A DNA stretch of 53,250 bases from Bdellovibrionales bacterium (GCA_031412575.1 JANODG010000003.1:1-53250); one strand, 5' to 3'; positions 17,748 to 27,227 are shown, numbered from the stretch's first letter. The notes: a model not told the origin generated them from the letters alone. Numbers and translations: made by a program.

Positions 17748-19166
17748 CTAGACAAAGTCTTTAAGGAATTTTTCTAAACCAATTCCTCTTGAAGCTTTTA
17801 ATGCCACCCAATCCTCTGGTTGTAGCATAGATTGATATTTCAATGCAAGCGTTTGTTCATAAGTACTTGATATCATTAGATTTTCTTTGATTTTTGCAAG
17901 GCCAATTGTGGATAAATACCCCTGCTTAAAAACTTCGCACGATGGTCCAATAAACCACACGTTTTTATGTGGTGTTTGACCGACAAGTTGGCCAAGTTCG
18001 TAATGTACATCTTTAGCGTGATCTCCCATTTCTAACATTTCGCCTAAAACAAAATAAGGGGAATCAGATAAATGTTTTGTCTGCGACAAAAAAACTTTCA
18101 TACTTTCGGGATTGGCGTTGTAAGCGTCGAAATATATCGAAACATTATTTTTTGATTTTAAAATTTCACTTCGTCCCCAGACAGGAGCGATCATTTCAAA
18201 ACGTTTCCAAATGTTTTCTGGTTTTAGTCCTGCAATTTTAGAAACGGCAGCGGCTATCGCAACATTAAGTCCGTGATGTTCACCTGCAATATTTATTTTT
18301 GCTTTTCCAGGATAATTAAAAATATGACCTTCGATTTCAAAAGAATTAAATTCAGCGTTGATGATCTTAAAATAAACATCTGCAGTCTTATCTTTTAAAG
18401 AAATCTTGATGATATTGAAATTTGGATCAGATAAATTTCTAGAATATTTTTTTTGATAGTCCTTATAAATTCTTGGGTCATCGATGTTTATAATGTGAGT
18501 CTGACCTTCCTGAAAAATGCTCATCTTTTCGTTCAACACATGTTCGATGGTCCCTACGCCCTCTAAATGACCACGACCAACCATGGTGACCGCTGTGACG
18601 TTAGGTTTCGCTAAGCGCACCAAATTCGAAATTTCACCCGGGTGATTCATGCCTATTTCTATTAAGGCAAGCTTATGTTCTGATTTTAAATCCAGCAAAG
18701 TAAACGGAACACCAATGTGATTATTAAAACTTTTTGGTGAGAAGTAATGCGGCACCAAACCTTCAAGCATTTGATGAGAAAAGTATTTAGCTGATGTTTT
18801 TCCACTTGTTCCCGTGATGGCGACTTTCAAACAATCAAGTTTTGAAGAAGAAGCTACTGAAATCTTTTGTAGGGCTTCAATTGTGTCTTCAACTACAAAG
18901 AAACTAGCTTCGAAATTGTAGGTGGATTTTTTTTGATTGAATGTGGACTCTTTGACTAGGAATCCAAGGGCTCCGTTTTCATACGCCTGATTTAAATAAT
19001 CGTGAGCATCGAAGTTATCCCCTTGAATGGCGATGAATAAAGCACCTTCAGTTTTAAGTCGTGAATCCGTAGACCACGATGACCAATTGTCGTGATCGTT
19101 TAAACCAATTTGGCTTTTGAGTGAATTTCCTAATGCTGATTTAATTTCTAACGTTGTTAAATTCAT
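17748..19166 (-). CDS. murF: UDP-N-acetylmuramoyl-tripeptide--D-alanyl-D-alanine ligase
   Basis: Mur ligase P-loop ITGTSGKTSAKYF, EIGMNHPGEI and DAYNANPESM. dcw position. Confidence 0.92.
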   Translation of the reverse strand: MNLTTLEIKSALGNSLKSQIGLNDHDNWSSWSTDSRLKTEGALFIAIQGDNFDAHDYLNQAYENGALGFLVKESTFNQKKSTYNFEASFFVVEDTIEALQKISVASSSKLDCLKVAITGTSGKTSAKYFSHQMLEGLVPHYFSPKSFNNHIGVPFTLLDLKSEHKLALIEIGMNHPGEISNLVRLAKPNVTAVTMVGRGHLEGVGTIEHVLNEKMSIFQEGQTHIINIDDPRIYKDYQKKYSRNLSDPNFNIIKISLKDKTADVYFKIINAEFNSFEIEGHIFNYPGKAKINIAGEHHGLNVAIAAAVSKIAGLKPENIWKRFEMIAPVWGRSEILKSKNNVSIYFDAYNANPESMKVFLSQTKHLSDSPYFVLGEMLEMGDHAKDVHYELGQLVGQTPHKNVWFIGPSCEVFKQGYLSTIGLAKIKENLMISSTYEQTLALKYQSMLQPEDWVALKASRGIGLEKFLKDFV

Positions 19167-19308
19167 TTATGCCACCTATTAATTAATGGTACTTCATTTG
19201 CCTTAAAGGTAACAGTTCCCTTTTTTGCGGAACATCAAAAAATCTTCTCATTAACCCTTTTAAAAATAAAGCATAATCTTGACGCTGGCTTTGGCAAAAA
19301 GCGAACTG

Positions 19309-20913
19309 TTACCCTTTAGCAATGAGTTTGCTGACTGTATCGTAATCGCTAAATTCTATGGTTTTATCTTTTAGGATTTGGTAATTTTCATGCCCTTTGC
19401 CTGCAATTAAAAGAACGTCATTTGGATCAATAAGATGGTTTAGTCCTAATTGAATGGCTTTCTTACGATCAGGTTCGACATAAATGTGACTGGATTTGAT
19501 ATTGATTGAGGTTTCGAACTTTTCATTTACGTCGAAGGCTTTTAAATCAGTGGGAACATTTTTAAATCCACTTAAAATTTGTTTTAAAATGACATTTGGA
19601 TTTTCACTTCGAGGATTGTCGTTTGTGATAATCTGAAAGTCCGAAAACTCTTCAGCAATTTGACCCATGATTGGCCTTTTTGTGTTGTCTCTGTCCCCGC
19701 CGCAGCCAAATACAACCCCCAACTTACCATTACATACTTGTCTTAAACTTTGTAAAGTTCGCTTAAGCGCATCAGGTGTATGAGCGTAATCCACAAATAC
19801 AGCCTTTGATTTTGTGTTTAAAACTTTTTGAAGTCGACCAGGAACGCCTAAAAAAGTTTTAGAGGAGTTTACAATTTTATCGGAAGGTAAATTTAATGCA
19901 TTTAAGGATAATACGGCCTGACACCAGTTTAACATTTGAAAATGTCCAAGGATTGGAATTTCAAAATCTAATGAATGAGTTTCTTCTTCAGGATTAAAAT
20001 TCAAAATAAGCGAAAATTTAAGTCCATTTAAGTTATGTTTTTTAAGAAAAACCAAGTTAAGTTTGCTGTTTTCATTTTTAGATTTTAACTGATGGTAGAG
20101 GCTAAGAATTTCAGTATTTTTATTAAGAGTTCTTTGGTCGTAAACTTCTAATAGAATTTCAACCTGTCCAAAATCTGGTAAATAATTTTTTACAAAATTG
20201 TCATTGTAATTTAAAACCGAAATTTTATTTTTTTTATTTGAATTCCTAAGAAGCTCTTCAAACAATTTAATTTTACTTAAATAGTAATGCTCCATCGTCT
20301 TGTGATAATCCAGATGATCATTTGTTAAATTAGAAAATATGGCAGCATCTAAAAATAAATCCTTCGCACGATTTTGATCTAAGGCGTGACTTGAGATTTC
20401 TAAGGCTACGGCTTTGGCTCCCGCTTCGCGCATTTGATCCAAGCGAGGGAATAACACGTCAGATCCCGGCGTAGTTAATTCTGTGGGCCATTTCTTCGTT
20501 TGATTTGAAATAGTTAAATGATGATCAATGGTTCCAAGAACTCCGCACGGTAAATTCGAATGATTTAAAATGTGCTCGACCATTAACGAAGTCGAAGTTT
20601 TACCGTTTGTTCCCGTGATCCCAACTAGAAACAAATCTTGATCTGGATTTTGTGATTTCAATTTCCATGCAGATGCCCAAGCTGAGCTAGAATCCTCTAC
20701 AACTAAAATCTCAAAATTATTTAAATCTTCGAAAAAGGAATTATCTTCGACAACAAAACAACTGCAGCCTTGCTGAACTACGGATTTTAAAAAATCATGA
20801 CCGTCGTGTTTCGTTCCACGTAAAGCAAAAAAAACAGAGTTTGAGTCTGCTTTCCTAGAGTCACTTACAAATGACTTGCTCAAATGCGACTTTAAAAAAT
20901 CTAAGCTTTTCAT
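19309..20913 (-). CDS. murE: UDP-N-acetylmuramoyl-L-alanyl-D-glutamate--2,6-diaminopimelate ligase
   Basis: ITGTNGKTSTSLM P-loop, and a DNPR motif (ITNDNPRSENP) indicating meso-DAP specificity. Confidence 0.95.
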   Translation of the reverse strand: MKSLDFLKSHLSKSFVSDSRKADSNSVFFALRGTKHDGHDFLKSVVQQGCSCFVVEDNSFFEDLNNFEILVVEDSSSAWASAWKLKSQNPDQDLFLVGITGTNGKTSTSLMVEHILNHSNLPCGVLGTIDHHLTISNQTKKWPTELTTPGSDVLFPRLDQMREAGAKAVALEISSHALDQNRAKDLFLDAAIFSNLTNDHLDYHKTMEHYYLSKIKLFEELLRNSNKKNKISVLNYNDNFVKNYLPDFGQVEILLEVYDQRTLNKNTEILSLYHQLKSKNENSKLNLVFLKKHNLNGLKFSLILNFNPEEETHSLDFEIPILGHFQMLNWCQAVLSLNALNLPSDKIVNSSKTFLGVPGRLQKVLNTKSKAVFVDYAHTPDALKRTLQSLRQVCNGKLGVVFGCGGDRDNTKRPIMGQIAEEFSDFQIITNDNPRSENPNVILKQILSGFKNVPTDLKAFDVNEKFETSINIKSSHIYVEPDRKKAIQLGLNHLIDPNDVLLIAGKGHENYQILKDKTIEFSDYDTVSKLIAKG

Positions 20914-21041
20914 TGTTTCACATTATCGTTAATTATTAGAGTAATGCAAATTTATCTTTTATCTGGGCGATATTACTCGCTTTTATTAAATATCCGCGAC
21001 TAATTATGACAGGACCTTGAGTTGACAGAAAGCAGTTTCAT

Positions 21042-21578
21042 TTGAATCATTCTAATATGAAGATTTGGTTGTCACTTTCATTTATTTTTTCTATCTGTCA
21101 GCCTTACGTTCAAGCAAATAGCTTTAAACACAATTTAATTAATAAAAAAATGGGAGGCCTTATGGGCGCTATTAGCCCTGTAACCACTGGAACTCTTCAC
21201 AACATCGAGGTTAAAAACATTAATAACGAGCTTATTGGTGAAATTATCATCCAGGGCACGTTTTCTAACCGTGAAGATAACTCTCCCATAAAGCCAAGCG
21301 AATTGCTTGAATATCCACAAAGGCGCGTGATTTCTGAACTGATCTCAGTCTCAGCTTCGGTTCAATTTAAATTCAAAGTGGTAAATATTAAAGCCGAAAT
21401 TATAGCCTCAAAGGATGAGCAAAAGGCATTGAATAGCGTCGCTAACGAGCTGGATAAAAACAAAGGCCTAAAAATATCAAAATCCGAGACTATCGTGCCT
21501 GGTAATCCAGAATTTAAAGCTGCTCTCGTGAAACATTTAAAATCGCAATATAACCTAGCAGCAGAATTCCTGCGATAA
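21042..21578 (+). CDS. Hypothetical secreted protein
   Basis: The ORF opens at TTG 21042. ATG 21057 (MKIWLSLSFIFSICQPYVQA) gives a cleaner signal peptide. No recognisable domain. Confidence 0.45.
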   Translation: MNHSNMKIWLSLSFIFSICQPYVQANSFKHNLINKKMGGLMGAISPVTTGTLHNIEVKNINNELIGEIIIQGTFSNREDNSPIKPSELLEYPQRRVISELISVSASVQFKFKVVNIKAEIIASKDEQKALNSVANELDKNKGLKISKSETIVPGNPEFKAALVKHLKSQYNLAAEFLR

Positions 21579-21767
21579 GGACTTGGTTTCACATGAAATG
21601 CGGCTTTTTAAAACGGACTGAAATGCAAAAAAGCTGACCAAATAAAACCCATCTCGGTAATTTATTCATGAAATCAAAGCGCACTTAGTGAAACTTAAAG
21701 TCCTGGACTATTATGGTTTCTAAGAAATCGGTTAATTTGAATAGAATTTAACTCTAGGAGTAACTTT

Positions 21768-22670
21768 TTGAATATAAAAGACTTTGTAACATTTGGACTA
21801 GTTTTAATTACGAGCGTTTACGCGGTCGGGGCTACTTGTAATACAAAGAAAATTTCTGAACGTGAGATTCTTATTGAGATGGGTGAAAAGAAAATTTTGG
21901 TTTTGGGTTGGAGACACGTTGATCCATCGGGATCTACCCAGGACGATATCCTATCATTATTCAATCAAGCCAATGCCGTTAAAACGTGCGGAGAGTTTTC
22001 AAAGATTATGGAAAATGCTCTAAAGATTTACTCTTCAAATTATGCAGAAGGTGCACGAGTTTTAAAAACCTTAGATCAATTCAATTCATTATACGGGATT
22101 GATTTTATCGGTGACGAACAAGATCCTGAGGATTCGAGATTACAAGCGCAGGCTTTAAAAACCTATGATTCGATCTTTGATATCAGATTGAAATTTTGTC
22201 CCTTATCCGAGCTTGTAAGTCGTGTTCGACTTATTCTACCTGGTCCACGTATGGTCTTTTTGCAACAAAATCCCAAAGTTCAATTGATTGGTTTAGAGGA
22301 TGCTGCACTTAAACAAAAAGCTTCTGATATTATGAGTCAGGAAATGCCCTCCATAGATTTTGCAAAGCTATCGCCGGAAATTTTAGACCTTCTATCAAAT
22401 ATTCAGAACGATATCGTCTCCAATACGATCATTCAAGATTCTAAAATCGAAACTGTTTACAAATTAGCACTCAAAGATGCTCCGGACGCCGCTGAAGATA
22501 TTCTATTTTCTCTTAAACAATACCAAGAATTTATCCAAACTTCTTTTGATCGAAGTATTGCAATGGCAAATAACGCCGCTGCACTTCAGGGAAATGTAGC
22601 TATTGTTGTAGGCGAAGCCCACTCCGGTCAAATCGCTGAGCAAATCTTAAAATCTTGTTTGAAAAATTAA
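21768..22670 (+). CDS. Exported Tiki/TraB/PrgY/GumN-superfamily-like protein (possible lipoprotein)
   Basis: TTG start. The signal peptide ends in VYAVGATC. An N-terminal GxxH-type motif (ILVLGWRHVDPSGS) is paired with a C-terminal DRSIAMANN...VAIVVGEAHSGQIAEQIL, resembling the ERDxxMA...VvGaGHxxG signature of TraB/Tiki enzymes. Confidence 0.5.
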   Translation: MNIKDFVTFGLVLITSVYAVGATCNTKKISEREILIEMGEKKILVLGWRHVDPSGSTQDDILSLFNQANAVKTCGEFSKIMENALKIYSSNYAEGARVLKTLDQFNSLYGIDFIGDEQDPEDSRLQAQALKTYDSIFDIRLKFCPLSELVSRVRLILPGPRMVFLQQNPKVQLIGLEDAALKQKASDIMSQEMPSIDFAKLSPEILDLLSNIQNDIVSNTIIQDSKIETVYKLALKDAPDAAEDILFSLKQYQEFIQTSFDRSIAMANNAAALQGNVAIVVGEAHSGQIAEQILKSCLKN

Positions 22671-22937
22671 TCGAAAAATACAAAAAAAAGCTAGTTGCTT
22701 TTGCCATTTCACTTTGATTATTCGAACTGTCTCATTCTAAGACTAAATCCCAACTTTTTAAAATATCCAATTAAAATTTATTTGTTCGTAACACTTTGGC
22801 CGCTTTTTGATTTTTTGATACCTTTATGTATCAAATTGAATCAGAAATTTACGGTATTCTTTAGGTGACAGTTTTTTGCACCGATCAATTTACATAACGC
22901 AGATAAGTTAATTTGCTTGCAGTAATTTGGAAGTTTT

Positions 22938-23777
22938 ATGTTTAGAGTCCAGCAATTAAAACTGATGAAGCTTTTAATGGTACCTCTTGGGATATCCTTT
23001 TTACTTTTTAGTTTTCAAAACTGTATGCCAGGTTTTCAAAGTGGAGATTTAGCTTTAAGCGTTCCTCTTCCCTCAAATAGCGAAGTACAAACCAAAGCCT
23101 TAGGTATTTTAAGAACCAACTGCCAAACTTGCCATATCAATCAAAGTTTAGGCGGGATTTCTAATATAGCAAACGCCACTCATTTATTATCCACTGGTTT
23201 AATCATTCCAGGAAATATAAATTCCCCACTTATGCGTTCGATTAATGATAACAGTATGCCTCCGTCTGGACCCTTAACAGAAGCTGATAAAATTGATTTA
23301 AGAAACTGGATTTTAGCTTTAGCAGGACAAGGGCCCATCCAAGAACAAATAGATTTAAGTTTTAATTTCAACGTCTCATTTGACCCTTTAATTTTCCCAA
23401 ATCGTTTAAATAAGCTGAACTACGTTATTGGATCCAACCCTGGAACCAGCTTAAACGCTTTGATAAGTAACCGATTTTTATTAGGTGATTATAATTTTTC
23501 TACCAACGTGATTCCAAATTACTCTTGGGGCGCGACCGAAATGCTGAACTGGTCCGAAAACTTACAGTCATTTTGTTCTTCTCCAAATTTTTTAAATCAA
23601 TTCGCTTGGATAACAGCCGCTGAAGTTTTGATGGAACGCGCTTATGGAAGGATGCCTGACAGCCAGGACATGTCTATTTTTAATGAGATCAACACGATTA
23701 ATAATATTAATGATCAAGAGAGAATTCAAATTTTATGTTTAACTCTTTTAACATCCATGGAGTTCATAACAAAATGA
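22938..23777 (+). CDS. Lipoprotein with a planctomycete-type cytochrome c domain plus a DUF1595-like segment; N-terminal half of a split DUF1592-family protein
   Basis: The signal ends in LLFSFQNC. There is a heme c motif CQTCH, with a downstream MPP (DNSMPPSGPLTEADKIDLRNWI). LMERAYGRMPDSQDM...ERIQILCLTLLTSMEFI resembles RAFRRP...ILASPxFLY of the unsplit paralogue at 34831. Confidence 0.65.
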   Translation: MFRVQQLKLMKLLMVPLGISFLLFSFQNCMPGFQSGDLALSVPLPSNSEVQTKALGILRTNCQTCHINQSLGGISNIANATHLLSTGLIIPGNINSPLMRSINDNSMPPSGPLTEADKIDLRNWILALAGQGPIQEQIDLSFNFNVSFDPLIFPNRLNKLNYVIGSNPGTSLNALISNRFLLGDYNFSTNVIPNYSWGATEMLNWSENLQSFCSSPNFLNQFAWITAAEVLMERAYGRMPDSQDMSIFNEINTINNINDQERIQILCLTLLTSMEFITK

Positions 23778-24859
23778 TCAAGCTCATTATTATTTTCTCT
23801 TTTACTTTGTGCTGTCACTTGAACCTTAATCAAGCTTTAGCGCAAACAACGACTCCTCAGCAAGCTTTAAGCTACATGTCTTATTTAAGCTCTAAATTGA
23901 TTAATCGTCCTTTAACTTCGCAAGAATCTTCTTTAATTAGATCGCAAGGTGAAAGAGCTTTTGCGCAAATCATTGATGGCTGGTCCAACGATTCAAGATT
24001 TCATCAAAGCGCAAAACAATTTGTTGAACTTTTACTAGCAACTAACGGATCTTCAAACGGAATTAATTTTGATATTCCTGGGTATCTGGGATTGGACATC
24101 GCGCGAAGAAAGCGACCATACACCGATTTAATCACAGCATCTTCATGCGTAAATGCTCAAGGCGATACTACAGCCTGCGATACAGGGGCCCCGTTTAATG
24201 CAGGTGTCTTAACAACACGAGCGTTTTTAAGAAAAGCTCAAGGGGCTTATAACATTGGTCGCGCTGGGCGAATGATGAGTGAATTTTTATGCACTACCTA
24301 TCCCTTACCCGAAACTCTTGAACCCAGACTTCGCGCACAAGATATGGTTCCTGAATTTGCGACAATGTCAGGAGCAATCACTTTTGGAAATGGAAATAAT
24401 TGTTACAGCTGCCACTCTCAGTTTGGACAGCACACTCAGTTTTTTGTTAAATTTGATTTGGATGGAACCTATAGAGCAGGTGCTACAGGTTTACAAAGTC
24501 CCGGAGCCACCGATGGCTATTCTCAGAATAATCTTTTGGTTTCACACTTGAATGATCCAGTAAGAGCAAGAGACGAAAGTAGCCAAATCCTAGGTCAAAG
24601 AGCCGCAAATTTACAAGAAGCCTCGAGAGTCATTGCGAATAGCACTTTGTTTTTACCCTGTGCTGTAAAACATTTAATGCGTCATTATTTAAAATTAAGC
24701 GATCAAAATATGGCTAGCATTAAACCCGATCTATTTAGAACAATTGCTGAAGAGGCTAAAGTTTTAAATCAAAATCCAAGTTTTTCCCATTTAATCCAAG
24801 CCATTGTAACTAACAAAAGCGTTTTTGAGTCTTTCAAAAAAACAGGAGCTTTACCATGA
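23774..24859 (+). CDS. Exported DUF1592/DUF1588/DUF1585-like protein with CxxCH; C-terminal half of the split family member
   Basis: ATG 23774 overlaps the upstream TGA (ATGA). It has its own signal peptide MIKLIIIFSFTLCCHLNLNQALA. GVLTTRAFL...GRAGRMMSEFLC and NNCYSCHSQFGQHTQFFVKFDLDGTY are collinear with RGGLITHASFL...SRGSWILNNVLC and [24 protein letters not shown] of the 34831 protein. Confidence 0.65.
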   Translation: MIKLIIIFSFTLCCHLNLNQALAQTTTPQQALSYMSYLSSKLINRPLTSQESSLIRSQGERAFAQIIDGWSNDSRFHQSAKQFVELLLATNGSSNGINFDIPGYLGLDIARRKRPYTDLITASSCVNAQGDTTACDTGAPFNAGVLTTRAFLRKAQGAYNIGRAGRMMSEFLCTTYPLPETLEPRLRAQDMVPEFATMSGAITFGNGNNCYSCHSQFGQHTQFFVKFDLDGTYRAGATGLQSPGATDGYSQNNLLVSHLNDPVRARDESSQILGQRAANLQEASRVIANSTLFLPCAVKHLMRHYLKLSDQNMASIKPDLFRTIAEEAKVLNQNPSFSHLIQAIVTNKSVFESFKKTGALP

Positions 24860-26403
24860 AATTACCTGATTTAGAAAATATGCCTCCTTTGGAGCGTCGG
24901 GAATTCTTAAAAAAATTAAGCGCCACACTTGCGACTTCGCCTTTGTTTTCAAACGCAATTAAAGTAACTTTGCTCGATATGCTTTTGGGATCTTCTGCTT
25001 CAGCACAAGTGAACAGTCCGATGAATTTTTTAGAGGTTAATTTTCGTGACCAGTGGGATTTCGGTTCTGTTTTTGTAGCTCCAAGTTTAGCTCGTAATTA
25101 TGAAAATATTCGTAATCAAACATCAATTTTCGAAATGCCAACTGCTGAAAGAAATAATTTTTACTTATCTCCTAGGGCTTCAGAACTTAGGCCTCACTTA
25201 GATCACATTGCCGTCATTGAAACTGGCGAGTGTGTTTTACCAGGAAACTCATCAGTGCACGGGCATGAGGCTGGTAACCCATTACGTTCACCGGGGCGCA
25301 CACAAACTTCTGGTGGTGGGAAAATTGATATGGCCACTGTAGATCGAAGACCCGGAGGAAGAGCTGCGGGGAATGAAGTTTTATACAGTTCGACTCCAAC
25401 TCCTGCAATTTTACACAACTACTATTCAAAAATGCAAAATCCCAACTTGCGAAATGGAACTTTACTTCGAAGTTCAATCAGACCAGACGTACACACGTAC
25501 TATCATTTCGAAGCAAATTTAGCGAATGCTCAATTGACAAGGTATTTTAGTAAAAGCACTTTTTTAAGTGCCTTTCAAAACGTAGGTGGTGTTCCAACTA
25601 GGCCGCCTGTAATAAAGCGCCACGGTAATGTCATTACAAGTATGCTTAAGAAATTAGATCAGCGTTTTATGCAAAGATCTTTGGCTGACACCAATCAAAG
25701 AAATAAACAAAATTTAAGTGTTGATGAATTTGCGAGGTTACTAAATGCCCAACCTGAAGTGATTCAGGTGGATTTAACGGCTGCGGAGTTGGCCGCGTGG
25801 CAAAATAATATTGGACCACAGCTTAATTGCGCCGGTGATGAAGCCTCAAACTGCACTCCAGCCCAAGGTGCATGGGGTGCTGGGGAAATCTTTGCCCACG
25901 CTTTTAAACTCTTCAGATCCGGAACCGTAAGAACAGTTGCTATCGACTTTGACATGACAGATGTACATTCTAATAGAACGCCGCTTTTGATGAACACGCA
26001 AGCTGAGCAAAGCGGAAGAACTTTAGCGCGAATGATTCAAAATTTAAAAGACAGTGGACTTTGGGAAAACACAATTATTGCAATGTACACTTTAGATGGA
26101 AGTCGTTCTCCGGTTTCGAATTCGACTGGTGAAAATACTAAAAACGCAATTGTTCTTGCCGGTGGAAAAATCAGAGGTGGCTATTACGGAGATGTTAGTC
26201 TTTCAACGAATGGCACTGTCACTTACTTTAGACCTAACGATTCTGGCCAACCTATAGCTCAAGGAAATACAGGTCGTGACATGAGAGTTCCTGCTGCTGA
26301 CATTTATAAAACGGTGGCTTCACTTTCGGGTGTTCCAATGAACATGATCGACAGCTTCGCAGATGTGCGCGCTGGGCGCATGTTAAGTTATTTAATACGT
26401 TAG
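24856..26403 (+). CDS. Twin-arginine-exported DUF1552-like protein
   Basis: ATG 24856 overlaps the upstream TGA (ATGA), with AGGAG 7 nt upstream. TAT motif ERREFLKKLSATLA. It is collinear with, but divergent from, the DUF1552 protein at 36523 (AVIETGE...VHGHEAG versus IVSGLQ...AGHHADA, and a C-terminal LAGGKIRGGYYGD versus VAGRGGGFKTGQHH). Confidence 0.6.
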   Translation: MKLPDLENMPPLERREFLKKLSATLATSPLFSNAIKVTLLDMLLGSSASAQVNSPMNFLEVNFRDQWDFGSVFVAPSLARNYENIRNQTSIFEMPTAERNNFYLSPRASELRPHLDHIAVIETGECVLPGNSSVHGHEAGNPLRSPGRTQTSGGGKIDMATVDRRPGGRAAGNEVLYSSTPTPAILHNYYSKMQNPNLRNGTLLRSSIRPDVHTYYHFEANLANAQLTRYFSKSTFLSAFQNVGGVPTRPPVIKRHGNVITSMLKKLDQRFMQRSLADTNQRNKQNLSVDEFARLLNAQPEVIQVDLTAAELAAWQNNIGPQLNCAGDEASNCTPAQGAWGAGEIFAHAFKLFRSGTVRTVAIDFDMTDVHSNRTPLLMNTQAEQSGRTLARMIQNLKDSGLWENTIIAMYTLDGSRSPVSNSTGENTKNAIVLAGGKIRGGYYGDVSLSTNGTVTYFRPNDSGQPIAQGNTGRDMRVPAADIYKTVASLSGVPMNMIDSFADVRAGRMLSYLIR

Positions 26404-26465
26404 GACTTGGAGCGTGATGTCTAGCGTCCTTATTTTCATATAAGATTATCAAAGGGTGTTCTTAT

Positions 26466-27218
26466 ATGAATAATTTCGATTTCAACTCAATTATCGACTT
26501 AGATAAAAATCAAATCGATTTTTATTTTAGCACTAGATTAAAAAACTCTTACGACCAAAAACAAGTTGAATTTATTAGACCATCCGCTGAAGAAATTATT
26601 CAGGCCGTACCTATGGAAACTTTATTTATTCCCTGGAAAGATTTATCGGATGGATTAAGACTAAGCAAATTAAATGATTATCAACCAAGAGTTGTTCAAG
26701 TTCAGCAACGCCGGGCAACTTGGTCTACTCGTCTCAAAAAAGACAATTACAAATCAATTATTGATCAACTGTTTCATTTTATTGAACGAAATCTTGCTGA
26801 CATTTACCGATACAAATTTTTGGAAGAATCTAATCCAAGCTTAGACATGCAAGCTTGCACTGCTTTACTCCAAAGACTTTTTCTGAATCAAGAGCCATTT
26901 CGGTTAATGCCTAAAATCAATCTTCCTGACCAAAAGATTTGCCTTGAAGTGTTTAACAAATACTTTCCTGAGCCTGAGTTTAAGGTTTCATATTACAGTA
27001 ATGAATTTTTAATTCAAAAAAGTGTAGGGGGCTTTCAATTCCTTGAAATTGGAGAACGTGGGGGAATAGAAAAGCAGTTTGAATCTGAAGATCTTCAAGA
27101 AGTGCAATTTGTAGCTTTTAAGAATATGAGTTCGATTGATTATGTGGTTGAAGATCGACAATTTGTTTTTGATTATAATCAGATTTATCATTTGAAGGAG
27201 TTTAGGGAAAAGGATTAG
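26466..27218 (+). CDS. Hypothetical cytoplasmic protein
   Basis: 250-aa ORF with no signal peptide and no motif I recognise. It is the last gene of the plus-strand island. Confidence 0.45.
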   Translation: MNNFDFNSIIDLDKNQIDFYFSTRLKNSYDQKQVEFIRPSAEEIIQAVPMETLFIPWKDLSDGLRLSKLNDYQPRVVQVQQRRATWSTRLKKDNYKSIIDQLFHFIERNLADIYRYKFLEESNPSLDMQACTALLQRLFLNQEPFRLMPKINLPDQKICLEVFNKYFPEPEFKVSYYSNEFLIQKSVGGFQFLEIGERGGIEKQFESEDLQEVQFVAFKNMSSIDYVVEDRQFVFDYNQIYHLKEFREKD

Positions 27219-27227
27219 TGGGTGGGG

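Noticed and set aside
21042-27218. Calling the plus-strand island a mobile genomic island or prophage remnant
   Set aside because: There is no integrase, recombinase or phage gene, no tRNA target, and no matching direct repeats at both ends. Only one end touches a repeat element.
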